Of a DNA stretch of 64,000 nt, positions 1 through 12,842 are shown in pieces. The DNA comes from Styela clava (taxonomy: Eukaryota): positions 15,934,001 through 15,998,000 of the forward strand of contig NC_135263.1 in NCBI RefSeq assembly GCF_964204865.1. Direction: 5' to 3'. The translations under genes were made by a program, and so were the position numbers. Under the pieces are notes generated by a model. The model saw nothing but the letters and a program-made list of their open reading frames with translations. It was not told where the DNA came from and did no database searches. Position 1 is the stretch's first letter; the number at the start of each line of letters is the position of its first letter.

Positions 1-486
1 TGCCTAATCAGCAAGATGCAAAAAGTGACGTAACAATGTCTCTCTTTTGCATCTGCTCAGACACTTTTCTCACTCTGACAGATTTTCAAGCGTGGTCATA
101 AACATTAGGCCTACCTCGTTTTCGCGTTATTGAACTCTATTCGTAAGTTTTCTGTTGTGTTTCGGAAACTTAAATAGAAATCAGATAATTCAATGATCAC
201 TCTGTCTTCCTAGGAGTTTTAATTTAATTGCAGTAATAGTGTAGAAATAGTTGTGATAGACTAGGCTAAAATTCTTTACCGGTACTTTAAAAAAACAGAT
301 TGTTGTATGCGATGAATCAAAATGATGGTTTGAAATACATACCGCATTGTACAGGTGCCAACTCGCAGAAGCACTCCTATAATAGCCCCGAAAATTTCGC
401 AATGGTTAAGTATAGAAATAATTTTTCGGGGGTCAAAGGACAGGGAAAGGTTCATTACCCCATAAGCAACACCAACTGAACTGTGC

Positions 487-617
487 ACCAGACTACTGAG
501 AGCACATGGCTACTTCACCTTCACAGCTGGTTGAGCATGACCTGTCACCTGCAACTGATGACATCACAGGTTATGCTCAGCCAGCTTCTCAGAAATACAA
601 TAAAGATAACGTTAACA
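487..617 (-). repeat. 3' LTR (partial) of Copia A
   Basis: Starts TGTTAAC right after the PPT on the minus strand. It is the reverse-complement homolog of 14056-14194 (shared ...CAACCAGCTGTGAAGGTGAAGT.GCCATGTGCTCTCA.TAGTCTGGTG). Confidence 0.8.
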
Positions 618-976
618 ATCTCCCAAGTTTACAATTTCAAATAAAAGTTTAACATAATACATTCAACAGTTAATTTAAAGATGCTCCTTTTTTAGTCAAA
701 CAACCTGCTAATTGTTGATGACTCGGAAGTTTTTCTTTATGCAGGAGATATTTGTTGGGATGAAACCATTTCTTTTAAACCATAAACGATCCTGGGGCGT
801 TTCTGTGATACAGCTATTGTCGATTTGATTGCATCACAAAGGCTTTGACTATCAGTACAACATTCAATGCCAATTTTTTCCTGTTGAACTCGTCCAGTCG
901 TTAGTTCAGACTATAAAGCCGCTAGTAGCACCACTGTATTTATTGCATTTACGAAAATGATGGGTAACTGAATGTA

Positions 977-1676
977 CCATATTTCTCCGTGTATAATACG
1001 CACTTTCATGGTCAAATTTAGCCTCACAAATATGGGGGTGCGTATTATACATTGGTCTAGAAAATATTATTTCTCATTTTATGCTTTAATTAAGTGGCTG
1101 AAAATTGTCACATTTGATAATCTTAATTTTATAAGGCAAGCATGATCTGTTAGAATAAGATCATGCTTGATTCGGTAGAAGCATACCCATTGATGGAGGC
1201 GCAGAAAAAATGGTGAAATAAAATTGATAAAATCACGCTGTACATCCGTTAACTGCAGTCATTGTCTGCTCTGTTTCTCTCGTGTCGCCGAATCGGCAAA
1301 ACTTTACAATAATAGTGACCTATGGCTTCTCTTTGAAGTGCGGCGTCTGAAAACACGTTCTGATATCGGGGCTTGTCAGCTTTTGAAAGGGGAGTGACAA
1401 ATAGTTTTACAAGATACGTTAATATCAAATAACATCACATCATGATTGGCAGAAGTTTCACAAGCAAATACATTAAATATTGCCAGATATATATAGTTAA
1501 CGAAAGGCAAGCAGACAGAATGCCTGAAACGTCCGGAAAATTCACCTACAAGGCAAGAGAAGACGGAATTTTGATATGCGTATTATGCATGGAGTTTGAA
1601 AAAAATCTTGTTAAAAATGTACTAAAACATAGGTGCGTATTATCAGCAGGTGCGTATTATACACGTAAAAATATAG
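977..1676. mobile_element. Non-autonomous Tc1/mariner-pogo-type MITE inserted in Copia A
   Basis: ~27 bp imperfect TIRs CCATATTTCTCCGTGTATAATACGCAC / GTGCGTATTATACACGTAAAAATATAG. TA duplication at 975-976 and 1677-1678. Subterminal GTGCGTATTAT repeats. Confidence 0.8.
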
Positions 1677-3369
1677 TATTTGGGATGACTATGAGTGATA
1701 CTTTCTTTATCAGTTTTTAATTCAAGTCCTAAATATTTAAAAGTTTTAGTATATTCCACTCCAACTTTGATTTGGTCGTTCAAACTCTTGAAAAATTTGC
1801 TGCTTTCGAATTCTCCCGAATCGCCCCACAGAAAGTCGGTCACGTGCAATGCGATCACCCCTATCAAACCATGATCGAAATAATAGAATAAAGCAGAATC
1901 CACTAAAGAGATAAGACCATCTAATAACAGGAGCGTTTCATCAACACTTTTGTTCCATTACTGTTCTGTTCTAAATTCGCAAGTTCAGAAAAGACTCAGT
2001 GGGTGATGTACACAGCAAGTTCAAGACTTTTGGGAACATATTGGAGAATCAGTCTTAAATTCATTGGGAAAATCTTCTTCAAAACCTCAACTACTAGTCT
2101 AGCTTTTGGTTCCGGTCCATCGTCATTCTTTTTCATTGAACAGACTCATCTTGTAGTTCACAACTTCTGGCCTTTATTTTCTTCTTCTGTATAGACATCG
2201 TTTTGCTTCCAATTTTCCAGTTACTTCATCTTTGCTTCAAGAAAAAAAGTTTTTGTTAATCAACATCACCTGTTTAACGATTGGTATTTCTTCAGCTGGT
2301 AGCCAAAATCATTCATAATAGATAGATTCTCAACAGTATCAAGATCAATTGATGATTTTGTGTCTTCTTCAGGTGACGGTTGCAAATACTCAATATTATA
2401 CAACTACTGCACTTTAGGAGGTTTTTCCGTTAGAAAAAGAAAGAAAGATTTGGATCCATCACAATTACAGCTGATGAGGGCTGTTACCATGAACATTATG
2501 CAATGAATTTTTTGCATATGGACACCAGAAAAATGCTGTTTTCCAATCAAATGATACGGAATATCTAATTTCCAGCAAATGTTCAGTTAGAATAAAATTA
2601 TGCCTCTCGACTAAACTATAGACTTTCTGCTGTACTTGTCCTAAGTTCTATGTTGAAATTTTTAGCCACATCACGCAAAACTGCATTGTTGAACTCTCCT
2701 GCATTATCTGTGAATACCTGTCTTGGAGATGCATATCCATTGTGACAAAAATTCACTTGCTATGACCACCAATGGGGATTTGAAACTCATAATCAAAACA
2801 GAACTAAACCTGGTGAACATGTCGATAGTATGCATGTACCATAAATTTGGGCCAAGCTGATAGAGGTCCATGGCTATACCTTCATTGAAATCAGTTGCAC
2901 GCGGTAACCCAAACCCGGTTTCGGAGAAAGTTTCTTGTAAATTTTGCAAACCTAACAATTGTCAAAACTTCCCTCAACATATTTGAAGACAACTTATTTC
3001 CTTAATTACTGATAAGTTTTGATATTCGCTCAAAGGAAGCGTGATCAAATTGTCCATGCAACTTCAAAAGATCATTTTCAGGAAAAATTCCATTGTTCCA
3101 GAGTCCTAACTGGTTTATGAAACATTTCCACTCTTTTTTCCGCAAAGTCAATCACAGTATTTGCTTTTCTCATGAAATCTTTACTCATTAATAATGGTAT
3201 ATTTTCATCAACCACGTCACAAGAAATATTGACTTTGGTTTCCCCAATGTATCCTGAGATTTCTATGGAATACAATGAATTGTCTTTTCGACCATCACCA
3301 AACTTGAAAACTCCCCCACGTATAAGATTTTTCTATTTACTACCCATGTCAATGATCCACAATAAATAG

Positions 3370-3716
3370 ATACCTTCAAAATTTAAATACCACTATACAC
3401 ATATTTGGAGCATAACAGATTATCAAGTAACACATTAATGGCTTATTATTTTTAGTTTTGTTTCTTCCCCCATATATTTGATTGCAGCTTTCAGCTTGCA
3501 TTTGAACAATGTTCGCAAAGTTGATTGGTAAGATCCCCCTCTTCAAATATAATTTCGAAAATCTCATATTGTACCTTCGCAAATGCAATAATTAGTCCTA
3601 ATATTGTTATTACATTTTGTAGAAACAATATAGTTCTAATATTGTAATGGAGAGGTGCAATTGGCTATTACATATATATTTACATTATATGTTATGAGAG
3701 ACAGTAGGTTATCATT
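3370..3716 (-). mobile_element. L1/Tx1-like LINE, 3' part: ORF2 N-terminal APE motif fused by internal deletion to ORF2 C-terminus and 3' end
   Basis: The minus strand from 3716 reads NDNLLSLITYNVN (APE motif I). Further on, in another frame, it reads ILGLIICICEGTI*DFRN, resembling the L1/Tx1 C-terminal IWxxRN motif. It joins in frame to MGMAN at 23777-23791 across the Gypsy B TSD. Confidence 0.6.
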
Positions 3717-3966
3717 GTTAGTAAATGATATTTCACTTTCCTAAAATACGGTATTTATTATAAAGAATGAAATCGTTTTCCAATACGCCGATAAAAACAA
3801 GATTATGGCATTTCAACGATACACAATAGCACAGTGGCAATAAAGAAACATTAAAATGTGCACAATGAATGAAATTGTAATAAATGAAATTGAGTATTAC
3901 ACTCTTCTCCCCCCAGTTGAAATGTCCATACTGTTTGGGGGTTTGGAAAAGGATGATGGTACCTGC

Positions 3967-4160
3967 TGTACATTTGAACCCATGTGTATATCCACGGGTT
4001 GAATCTATATGCGGGTGCTAAAACCCATGGGTTAGGGTTAGTATGGGTTCAACTATCCGTGAAACATTCCATAGGTGCCACAAAAATTCCATAGGTGCAA
4101 TAGCATACAGGGGCAATTGTCATGGGTTCAAATGTACGTGGGTTCAAATGTAATGGAACC
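3967..4160. mobile_element. Small palindromic MITE-like insertion with internal GGGTTAGGGTTAG inside the Gypsy B 3' LTR
   Basis: Absent from the 5' LTR copy, which reads TATTGCAGGTACC uninterrupted at ~23820. Inverted repeats TGTACATTTGAACCCATG / CATGGGTTCAAATGTAC. Flanked by GC on both sides. Confidence 0.65.
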
Positions 4161-5128
4161 GCAATATACACACATAATATTAGATGGTTAGTTATCTTCC
4201 TCCCCCGGGGGCAATTTTATTGGGTATACATAAAACTGAATGTTGGGTGATATATTGCACCATAGTTAAGCCAGTTAGTTGGAAGTCTGTCACTTAAAAA
4301 GCAAATCATGGATCAGAGACATCAAGTTTCCTTGAGACCAGACTTATTATATAGCTGTAGTCTAGCAAGGGCACGTGGAATCTTTGGCTTTCCAAGATCT
4401 GGCAATTTATCTTTTGGTCTATTCTTTTCTGTAGAATCTTGAGAGGTGAAATCCAACGTTCTTGAACTCGTGGGATTTGGTATCCTCCTTGATGTGTCAG
4501 AAAGATCGTCTGAAACAGAATAATCCATCGGTGTCTTAGCATTTTGTCGCATCCGTACTTTCTCCATATGTTTTGAATTTTGTCTAGGAGGCCTATTGAC
4601 AAGTATAGGTGTCCCGATATCTGGCCTCGTATGAAATTCAACAGGCCGCATGGCTACCAAAGTTGGGTCAACTGCCACTCCTCCTGTGGGTGACTTCCTG
4701 GATGGGATGAATTTTCGTAAATGCTGTCGATTACGGATTGTTACTCTCCCAGATCCATCTATTTTCACAACATACTGGTGGAATTGTCGTACTTCAACTA
4801 TTGTTCCAGTTCGCTCCCATTTCTTTGGGTGATATGATTCCCAACTTGAAGAGGTGGCAATAGCCGGGTGTGAGCTTTCCATCTTTTGTGTTCCCTGCAA
4901 TGCCTACGGGTAAGAGCTTTTTCACGATGGTCCATTAGCTCCCTCCAAGTCTCATGAGGTGAGTATCTGCCTAGGGGAATTGGGATCAAGTCACGTATAG
5001 GTCGGCCAAATATGATAAAGGCATGGGGATACTCTTGTCTCTGGGTCAATAGAGTTTCTATATAACAGCATGGCACGCTGGAACCTGTCAACATCCAGCG
5101 AGCCCGATGGGACAACATTCGCTTGACT

Positions 5129-5218
5129 ATTCTATTCAATTCAAGAGTCTTGCTGCACACGAACACAAATATATTTTTGTAACGTTTCGTCTGACCGAGG
5201 TCAGACTTCTTCAGACAA
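5129..5218 (-). mobile_element. 90 bp Penelope pLTR/retrozyme-type insertion carrying a minimal hammerhead ribozyme
   Basis: Interrupts the Gypsy B integrase, with an 8 bp duplication GCTTGACT (5121-5128, 5219-5226). The minus strand reads TTGT-CTGAAGA-A-GTCTGACC-TC-GGTCAGAC-GAAAC-GTTA-CAA. Confidence 0.75.
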
Positions 5219-6023
5219 GCTTGACTGTTTTGACTCCTAATTCCGCTCTGCAATTTGCATGAGGGTTCGCGACTGACGTGATCCTGTGTCGGACTCCTCA
5301 TGATTTGAGAAATTCATCGGCCAGTTAGAGTACCTGTCGACAATGACCACATAATCTTTGCCCCGATATGTGAAATAGTCATTGCAAATTTTCTGGAATG
5401 GGCAATCGGGTGGAGTTATGTCCGTAAGAGGTTGCATGGCATTGGACTCAGCAATACGATGACAATGTCCATAATTGTCTCTGATTCTTGATATGTCAAT
5501 TGATATATTTGGCCAGTAGACAGAATCAACAGTTCTGGCCCGCATAGCGCTGACTCCTTGGAGACCGCCGTGGAAGGCTTCCATAATTTGTTCACGCAGT
5601 GTTACGGGAATGATGATTCTATGTCCCATCAGTATAACACCATCAACTACGCCCAAACTGTCTGCAAACTCATGCAATGAGCGGACCTCTGCTGTTACGC
5701 TTCTGCAATCCTCTGGGGATCTGTATATGCTCAATCAGCATTCTGGAGACTCTATTAGAGGCAGTCTATTCTCGCACCTTGTCCCGTGTGAGAACTAGCG
5801 ACACTGAATTGATGGTTGTGGCAGCAGCAGAACAGAGAGATGTATCATTGGCCATGTCGGTATCGACTGTGTGTTGACTAAGGCTTTACAGGATTGTGCG
5901 ACGGAGCTCACTACGACAGTAGAATTCTTTTACTTCTTCCGGTTCACCTGACAATGTCATCAGGTCACCTTTGCCAACAGGGTGTCGTGAGGCAGCATCA
6001 GGTCCCAAATTCCTCTTTTCGAC

Positions 6024-7549
6024 TGTTTATTAGTGAAAATTAACGTTTTATTGAACACAAGCAAAACTTAACAAAAACAGATCAGTTGTCACCGCAAATA
6101 ACAGAATATAAAGTCAGACATAAGACACATGTTGCCTCTGCTACACCACAAAGTACTGAATGACCCTTGGAGACCAGCATGACAGTATTTATACTCAGGA
6201 AGCATGCTTTAGTGGTTTCACCAAAGTACTGAATGACCCCGGCAGTATACCCAGGAACATGCTTCAGTGGTTTTACCTACAATGCTCTACCATCATTCTG
6301 TGCTGTCATTGGTCAGTTAAAGAGTGAGAATAGAATTAAAGTACAGTAACTCAGGATGACAATCACCTGGATAAAATGTAAATGAGAACACACAAGTTAA
6401 CAATCTCCGTCTATTTTCTTTTTAATGTGAGAGAGACCAAGAATTTAATTTGTCTAAAATTAAAAACGGTGTGACGCCCTTCTTGGTCAGACAATCTGCC
6501 AATTGCATTTTAGTGGCACAATTCACAATGCTCATTATCTGCTTAGAAGAAATCATTTCCTTCAAGCTCATATGAGAACTAGTTTGTTTCCCTCAGAGCC
6601 CGTCTGACTCTTTCACTACTTTCAGCCTCAATAAATGCTTTTCGTGACATATGTAAGCGTTTAAATGATTTCCAACAACTTGACTCATTGTTGTCCCTTC
6701 TAACGCTGGACGTTTATCGGTTAGGACTGATGGCGAATTTGGGTTACGACCAAACACCAGCTGATAGGGACTAAAACCATGGCAGTTTTTCAAGGAGTTT
6801 TTGGCAAAGATTGACCACTTTGAAGCGGTCTTCCAATCGAGTGGTTGTTCTTTTCGTACTTTTAACATTATTTCAGTAAGCACCCCATTGTGCCTCTCCA
6901 AAATGCCATGCTGTCGTTTTGATCTCTATCCCGAAATTTTCGGCTATGTCACGAAACTCAGAGTTATTAAATTCTCCCCCATTATCGGTTAAGATTTTTC
7001 TTGGAGTACCATATACACTTATCCAATGATCAATAAAGTGATTGACAATAACTTTGGAACTTTTCGATTATATGATGTACCAAGCACCCAATCGGGTGAA
7101 CAAATCAATACTGTGCATGTACCATAAATTGGAATCCAACTGGTGCAAATCTATCGCAACTTTTTAATTGAACACACTAGCAAGCGGCAAACTGGCAGCC
7201 GGTCTAGGTGGAGTTTTCTTAAACTTTTTACATATAGCGCAGTTGTCACAGGTTTATTTCAATAACTCAAATATAGAATTGTCAGAGTGGCCCGCCTTTT
7301 CTAGAAGATTCTTGAGTTTTGCATATGAAGCATGTCCTAACTGCTTATGCAACTTTATTAAATGCATTTTCGCCTCATTTTTAGTGTAACCATCTTTCAA
7401 AAAAAGAATTCTATCTTCAATTTTATTATCAATCTTAATTGGTAATATTTTTATACAGTAGTGCTTACTATCGGTTGTTCTTATTCCAATACTTCGACCA
7501 AACATCGTAATTTTATCATTTTCAAAATTTATGATTGTTTTCGCTCTCT
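6024..7549 (-). mobile_element. GalEa-like Copia B, 3' half: protease end, integrase, deletion of RT, RNase H end, PPT and 3' LTR
   Basis: Begins RAKTIINFENDKITMFGRS at ~7547. Contains KLHKQLGHAS and integrase ERHNGVLTEI...GFSPYQLVFGRNP, joined directly at ~6567 to RNase H LKEMISSKQI...QLADCLTKKG. PPT at 6403-6423. LTR 6024-6402 (TGTTAA...TAAACA) matches 26992-27316 plus a ~55 bp internal duplication. Confidence 0.9.
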
Positions 7550-8728
7550 AAGTTTGAGTGTTGTTCTTGTTCTTCATGTTTTAATTTTTCTACCTATCGT
7601 TATGAAAAAGCGCCTTTCTCTTTAATCACTGGACCAATTGCTTTAAAATTTGGTTGAACATGTATTTTTTGCAAGAGGGCTATTACTTTCATTTATTCCT
7701 AAATTTTCCATGAATCCTATGAGATCTGATATTTTATTACATTTCGCTGTATTATTTTTTTTATTCATGGGAACACGATTTTTAATTCGCCAAGCGTAAC
7801 GACTGTCTTGTGCTTTGATTTGGCAAAAACTAGCTACGCGAAAATCGAAAGTTTTTCATTGCCGACACGATAAGTTACTGTAAAAAAGTACTGTAAAGTA
7901 CTTCAAATTAATAATTACCACAGTTGTGAGTCGAATCATTTAGTTTTCTATCAACATTGGCACAAGAATTATCAGCACATGTACCATCTCTGTTTCCGAA
8001 CCTGGTAAAGATAGGGCAGCCCGGGTATCGGTACTAGTAAGCTACGATGGTCCACAGGTTCAGTTTCGTCCAGGATATGATCTTGAGGAAATTGTGGGTA
8101 AAATATTTCGTTTTGGCTTTTGTGTCCATGTATTTGAGCAGTGCTTTCTTGTTTCAAATATGATATAAACACTATGCGTCACTGTGCGATTTATTCGGCA
8201 CCAGGAAAAACTTTTAGACGCAAAACGATTTTCCGGATAAATTTCATTAAATAGCATAATTATGTTACCTCTACATACAGTAGTATAAGATATATATATA
8301 CAAAACATTTACCATGAACTGAACAACTGGGAATTTTTTTAAGCATATTGAAATCCTTTAAAGCGAGTGTTTACTTCTTTGATACCGGATTTGGAGCGAG
8401 ATGTTATCACAGAGCACTAATTATCGCAATCAACCGAATAGAATTAATCAACGATTGAATAAAAATGATTTATGAGAATGATTGATGTGACAAATGTTTG
8501 CAAGAATGACCAATTATGAAACATGGCTCACCTTCAACAAAAATGATAACAATAAAAATACATGAAACAGTTACCACAGATTTGAATACTTGTCTGTTAA
8601 TTAAGACATGATAAGGTATTTTAGTTGACAATAATCCAATGAAAACTTTCAATGGAAATAGAAACTGGTTATACGAAATAGGAGAATATATAGGTTGTGA
8701 CGGTATCACACGTTTGGTTATTTATCTT

Positions 8729-11700
8729 CTATTCGATGAAATATTTTTCATCGCAACGAGGTGCATGAAAACGAGCAGAGACACCAAGTTCGTGGAGTTT
8801 GTTGTAGAATTTGATGACACTATTGAGAGATGGCTTTGGTTGCTTGAAGAAATTCCAGAGGAGCCATTCTCCTGGAAATGAGCCATAAATTAGTGTAAAA
8901 TGTACCGAGTTAGAAAGATCAAGATAAAAATAAAATAATGTCTCTGATGTTCACAGCATACCTATATCGATCAAATATGTAACAGGGGAGATATCGATCT
9001 ATACTTATTTTAACTTATAGTAAGCGACACGCAACAAAAATAATCTTGAACCATTGTGCATCAAAGGTCTAGTTCTTTGGTTTTCAACTATTTAGGTGGA
9101 TTGGAAAACCATCGAAACATTACCAGGGTTGGACGAATCCCTGCGCAATGGTTTACTTTTCCTATGCAAAAAACATCATTTGAATAATAAAATTAAAATA
9201 CCTATATTCAGATCCTTTTAGAATAAAAATACAATGTATTTACATTTATTCTCATATAAATCAATGAAAAACTTGAACCCTTGGACTGCATGGTGTTCCG
9301 TGGAATCCCTGTTAGGAACCACTGATTTTTTCATATAATGGATAGCATAACTTTTCATTTGAATTTGAAATATAATTCTATCTCAAGGGATCAATGTTAC
9401 TCATAAATAAAAATATAGTTTACTCACCTTCTTCGAGACATAGCATTATTCCAAAGTAATTGGAATAATCGGTTATAAATACGTAATCGTTTTTGATCAA
9501 GTTTTCCTCATCTAAGTAAGAACAATATTAAAATATAATAGCGCCGGAAAATTGAAATTATAGCAATTATAATTTTGAAATATATATAGTGGTTATCATT
9601 ATACAGTGTTGAAAGTATAAAATATTCAGAACGAAAAAAAAAATTTTGCGCTTGTTTATTCATGGTGAAATTTTTATTTTACGGCTGGAATTCAGCATAA
9701 ATTGATGTGAATGACGAAATTCCCAACAATATTAAAATCACTTAAATGGACTTTTTTGCAACAAAAATATGCACTGAATTTCTGGAGGTTTGAATTTGTG
9801 TATATGAGTTGGCTGAAATAAAAAAAAATCCGTGTTAAGTGTGACGACCCGTATTTGTAACACCGTTATTTGATCTAGATCTATTTAGACTTTGTTTTTT
9901 ATTGCTCGAGACACTACTGGCGCTGTAGCACTGTCAATCTGTCCTTTAGTATCCAGTTAAGATAGGCTACCAGTTGCAGCAATGCAGCTGCTTTAGGGAT
10001 ACCAGCTGTGTTCAGGATACCAATTTTATTCTGATTTTATGGTCATTTTGATAGCCCTATTTATTTTGTCCGACAGTAGGATGACATTACTGCAATTACA
10101 GTTATTTTGGCGCTTGTTGTCTTTTAAAATATCAAGTTGTTTTCAGCTTTTCTGTGAATAATAAGTTAGTTAGCTATAATGTGCCAGATTTTAGTTTCCC
10201 CGATTTTGTATTTGATTTTTGGGCTTTTTTTCAGAATCCAGGTATTTTATTGTATATATCTATATATGTTTTTATTTACATTGTGATAGCTGGTATTTGT
10301 TATTGTACGCTTTTTGTTCTATCGGTTTCATTGTAGTGTTAGTTAATAAAAAAGACGAAAATATCATTAACTGAATAATATTAACTAAGTGAATATTGAG
10401 AAGACGATTGACATCAGAACATATTAGAAGATATTCTAACTGGAAAAATCTATACATAGACTGACGGTATGCTACAAAATGGGTGGTCACATGTAAATGT
10501 AGACGCTAAATTTTCAATTGTATTCATTTCCACTCTTATCAAAAATCACTTTTCACAACAGAATGAGTAATTTTAAGCCAAATTAGGTATTTTCCATCTA
10601 GATAGGGCTTGTCAAATGTCGACACAATATTGTAGCCAACCCCCAAATATATTTTTGGAGAGGGGGAGGGGGAGGCAAATTTATTGTTTGTTTAATGACG
10701 TAATACGACGCGTACTCGTGCATTTTGCTCCAAACAAGGCTAGATAAAATCAGCCACTGATATCTAACAATATCCTAAAGGATTCGCTGTCGAAGTTTTC
10801 CAAGTTACATAAGTACACAGTTTCATCTGTCTCGGTTGATTCATTAGAAGACAGTATTAATGATATTAAGCCAGGAAACGTCGGTTTCAGTAAATCGTTC
10901 AAGAATAGAATAAAAAGGTGTTGAAAAAGACGTAAAAATTTATGTCTCACTGAAAATGCCGCAAAATTGCATGAAAAAATATTTGTTACGCCTATTCATA
11001 AACATATATACCTATTTTCCGCGCTTTGGCTTTAATTTTTCCGTCCAACGTGTACTCGTGTGCGTCTTTTAAAGACGGTTCTGTAAAAGAGTAGTAATAC
11101 AGTCAGTTGTATGCCAGAAATAAATATAAATTAGTCTTATGTTTCAAGCTAAGATTGAGGTATGGAAGACTGCTATAAAGACCTATTAGAGACTATAGTA
11201 TAACGAACGATATATGTTGTAAATATATAACGAGATTATCGGTCGGAGACCGAAGACTTATTGATCGAAACTGCGGTTTCGATTCATGACTCTATAGTGA
11301 CACCGCGTGTCCCATCACTAATTAATTAATAACTCGCTAATTATAATTCATCCAAAATTAATAGGCTTCCGAGATATGATGAATGCACATGCAAAATTTG
11401 GAGCAAATTCAACCACTCCTTCGTGAGATATCGCGTGCATCTAACAGACAAACAGACAAATACCTATCAACATACTTACCGATCTAGAGATCGATAAGTA
11501 ATAATGTATACGTCATACCATCTTCCTGACTTCGGTGGTAAACTCCTGGTGTATGGCGTATATAGTGATTGGTCAATTCAGCTCTGTGAGACCTAAAATA
11601 TGTGTATTACTTGATTCGAGACACATCTCATTGCAAATTGTTTGCTATCATTGGACGTGAATGGGTTGAGTTTGGACAGTTTATTTAATACAAAGTGTAT

Positions 11701-12842
11701 ATTTCTTTCGTTCTGTCATGACTCATGATGTTGTTGTTTTTGCTATTGTTGGTATTCTTCTTCTCATAGTTATAAAAAAATCGCTTTTAATGTAATTACT
11801 GGATCAATAGCTTTAATAATCCAATGGTTGAAGAGAATATATATTCTGCTAGAAGGCTATTAATTACTAATATATTTTAAAAGTTTCTGTGGCCTCTATG
11901 GGATTCGTTTCTTGTATGCGACGACGTCATCAAGTAAGAATTGCGCTCCTTGTCGAGGTCCCGATTTCGCATAAGTCGATATCTGGTGGTTAGCTGCGGT
12001 ACGGAACCGGCTATTTGGCCTCCGTGTCCATATAATTGAGAATGACTCTCTTGTTTTATGAAAGCATGGTTGCACAAGCTATTTCAAACTTTTAGAAATC
12101 GGAGTTCGAATTCTCGACTGAGAGTAAAATAGGCTTACAAATGCCAAAGATGTTAAACGTCGGAGAGAGTATAGCAAAATCAACAATATTTATTGTTGTA
12201 TGGGCCGTAATCGGTCAAAGGTCAAGTTGATCACCACGTGGCTATCAATCCTTGCTACCCATTGGTTGATTAACTTGTATATATATAACAATTATTGAAA
12301 TAGGAAATGTCGAGCGTTTCACGAGTTAGGTCAACTATTGAAGAGGATGAAAGTTATGATATGTCCGAAAATGAATACAAGTAACCTACCCAACACCAAA
12401 TTCTTCCACATGAAAACTGAATCCCGTAGAAGTTATTGTAAAATTGTTCACACGAACACAAGTCACAACAGCCGAAACGGCGTCGTTAGTTTGAACTCCG
12501 AGGTACCAAACTGTGTCTTTTAGCTGTAAGTACAAATTGAAATGAGTTGGACTTTTTATCTTGCGTCAAAGATTTATTTATATCCATAAATATTCATTCT
12601 ACTTATGAATAATACGTATCTCGATTGCATAATAGGTCATTGATCAATTATTAATATATGAAAAACTATTTGAAATATAGAAATAGGGTAAAGGGTTTCG
12701 TTTCGCAAATGAGTGGTTGGTAAATCTATACCTTTGAAATATCAAGTTCTTCTTGTGGGATGGGCAGCGCGCATTTCTCCGCAAATACCAAAGAAACTGA
12801 CCCACACAGAAACACAGCTAACGTTAAGCAATTGAAACCCAT
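8729..12842 (-). CDS. Secreted lipocalin-like protein (5-6 coding exons, ~181-210 aa)
   Basis: Exons: 12842-12732 (MGFNCLTLAVFLCGSVSLVFAEKCALPIPQEELDISK; signal peptide plus ApoD-like N-terminus); 12523-12390 (LKDTVWYLGVQ..., SCR1-like WY); 11592-11519 (SHRAELTNHYIRHTPGVYHRSQED); optional 10895-10809; 9511-9428 (EENLIKNDYVFITDYSNYFGIMLCLEE, TDY motif); 8871-8729 (EWLLWNFFKQPKPSLNSVIKFYNKLHELGVSARFHAPRCDEKYFIE*). All sites are GT-AG except the optional exon's acceptor, and the frame is open. Intron phases 0,2,1,(1),1 match the chordate lipocalin pattern. Confidence 0.78.
11229..11501 (-). mobile_element. Helentron-associated (DINE-1/HINE-like) non-autonomous element, in lipocalin intron
   Basis: Same family as 23333-23696 and 55548-56459: subterminal IR ACTTATCGATC/GATCGATAAGT, (TGTC)n microsatellite, 3' hairpin TCGGTC-TCC-GACCGA, T-rich flanks. 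Confidence 0.7.

Larger units (their letters stand above)
487..3365 (-). mobile_element. Degenerate Ty1/Copia (GalEa-like) LTR retrotransposon A, 3' part: protease-integrase-RT-RNase H remnants plus 3' LTR
   Basis: Minus-strand fragments occur in Copia order. Protease: ENIPLLMSKDFMRKANTVIDF (3078-3275). Integrase: DFNEGIAMDL...WYMHTIDMFTRFS (2704-2958). RT: LIGVIALHVTDFLWG, an HVDD-type motif, and FKYLGLEL (1643-1903). RNase H remnant TDSQSLCDAI at ~700-950. A purine tract GGGAGAT precedes an LTR starting TGTTAAC at 617. There are many frameshifts and an RT-RNase H internal deletion. Confidence 0.85.
3722..6023 (-). mobile_element. Ty3/Gypsy (Mag-like) element B, 3' half: RNase H end, integrase, PPT and 3' LTR
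   Basis: Reads EKRNLGPDAASRHPVG from ~6020. Integrase zinc-finger and core remnants (DYVVIVDRYSNWP, RAELGVKTVKR), C-terminal WERTGTIVEVRQFHQYVVKIDGSGRVTIRNR. PPT GGGGGAGGAAGA at 4195-4206. LTR 3722-4194 is homologous to 23792-23885. Confidence 0.88.

Noticed and set aside
3765-3950. PPT-like GGGGGAGAAGAG followed by TGTAAT inside the Gypsy B 3' LTR, suggesting another LTR fragment
   Set aside because: Single copy. I cannot distinguish an insertion from sequence deleted in the 5' LTR.
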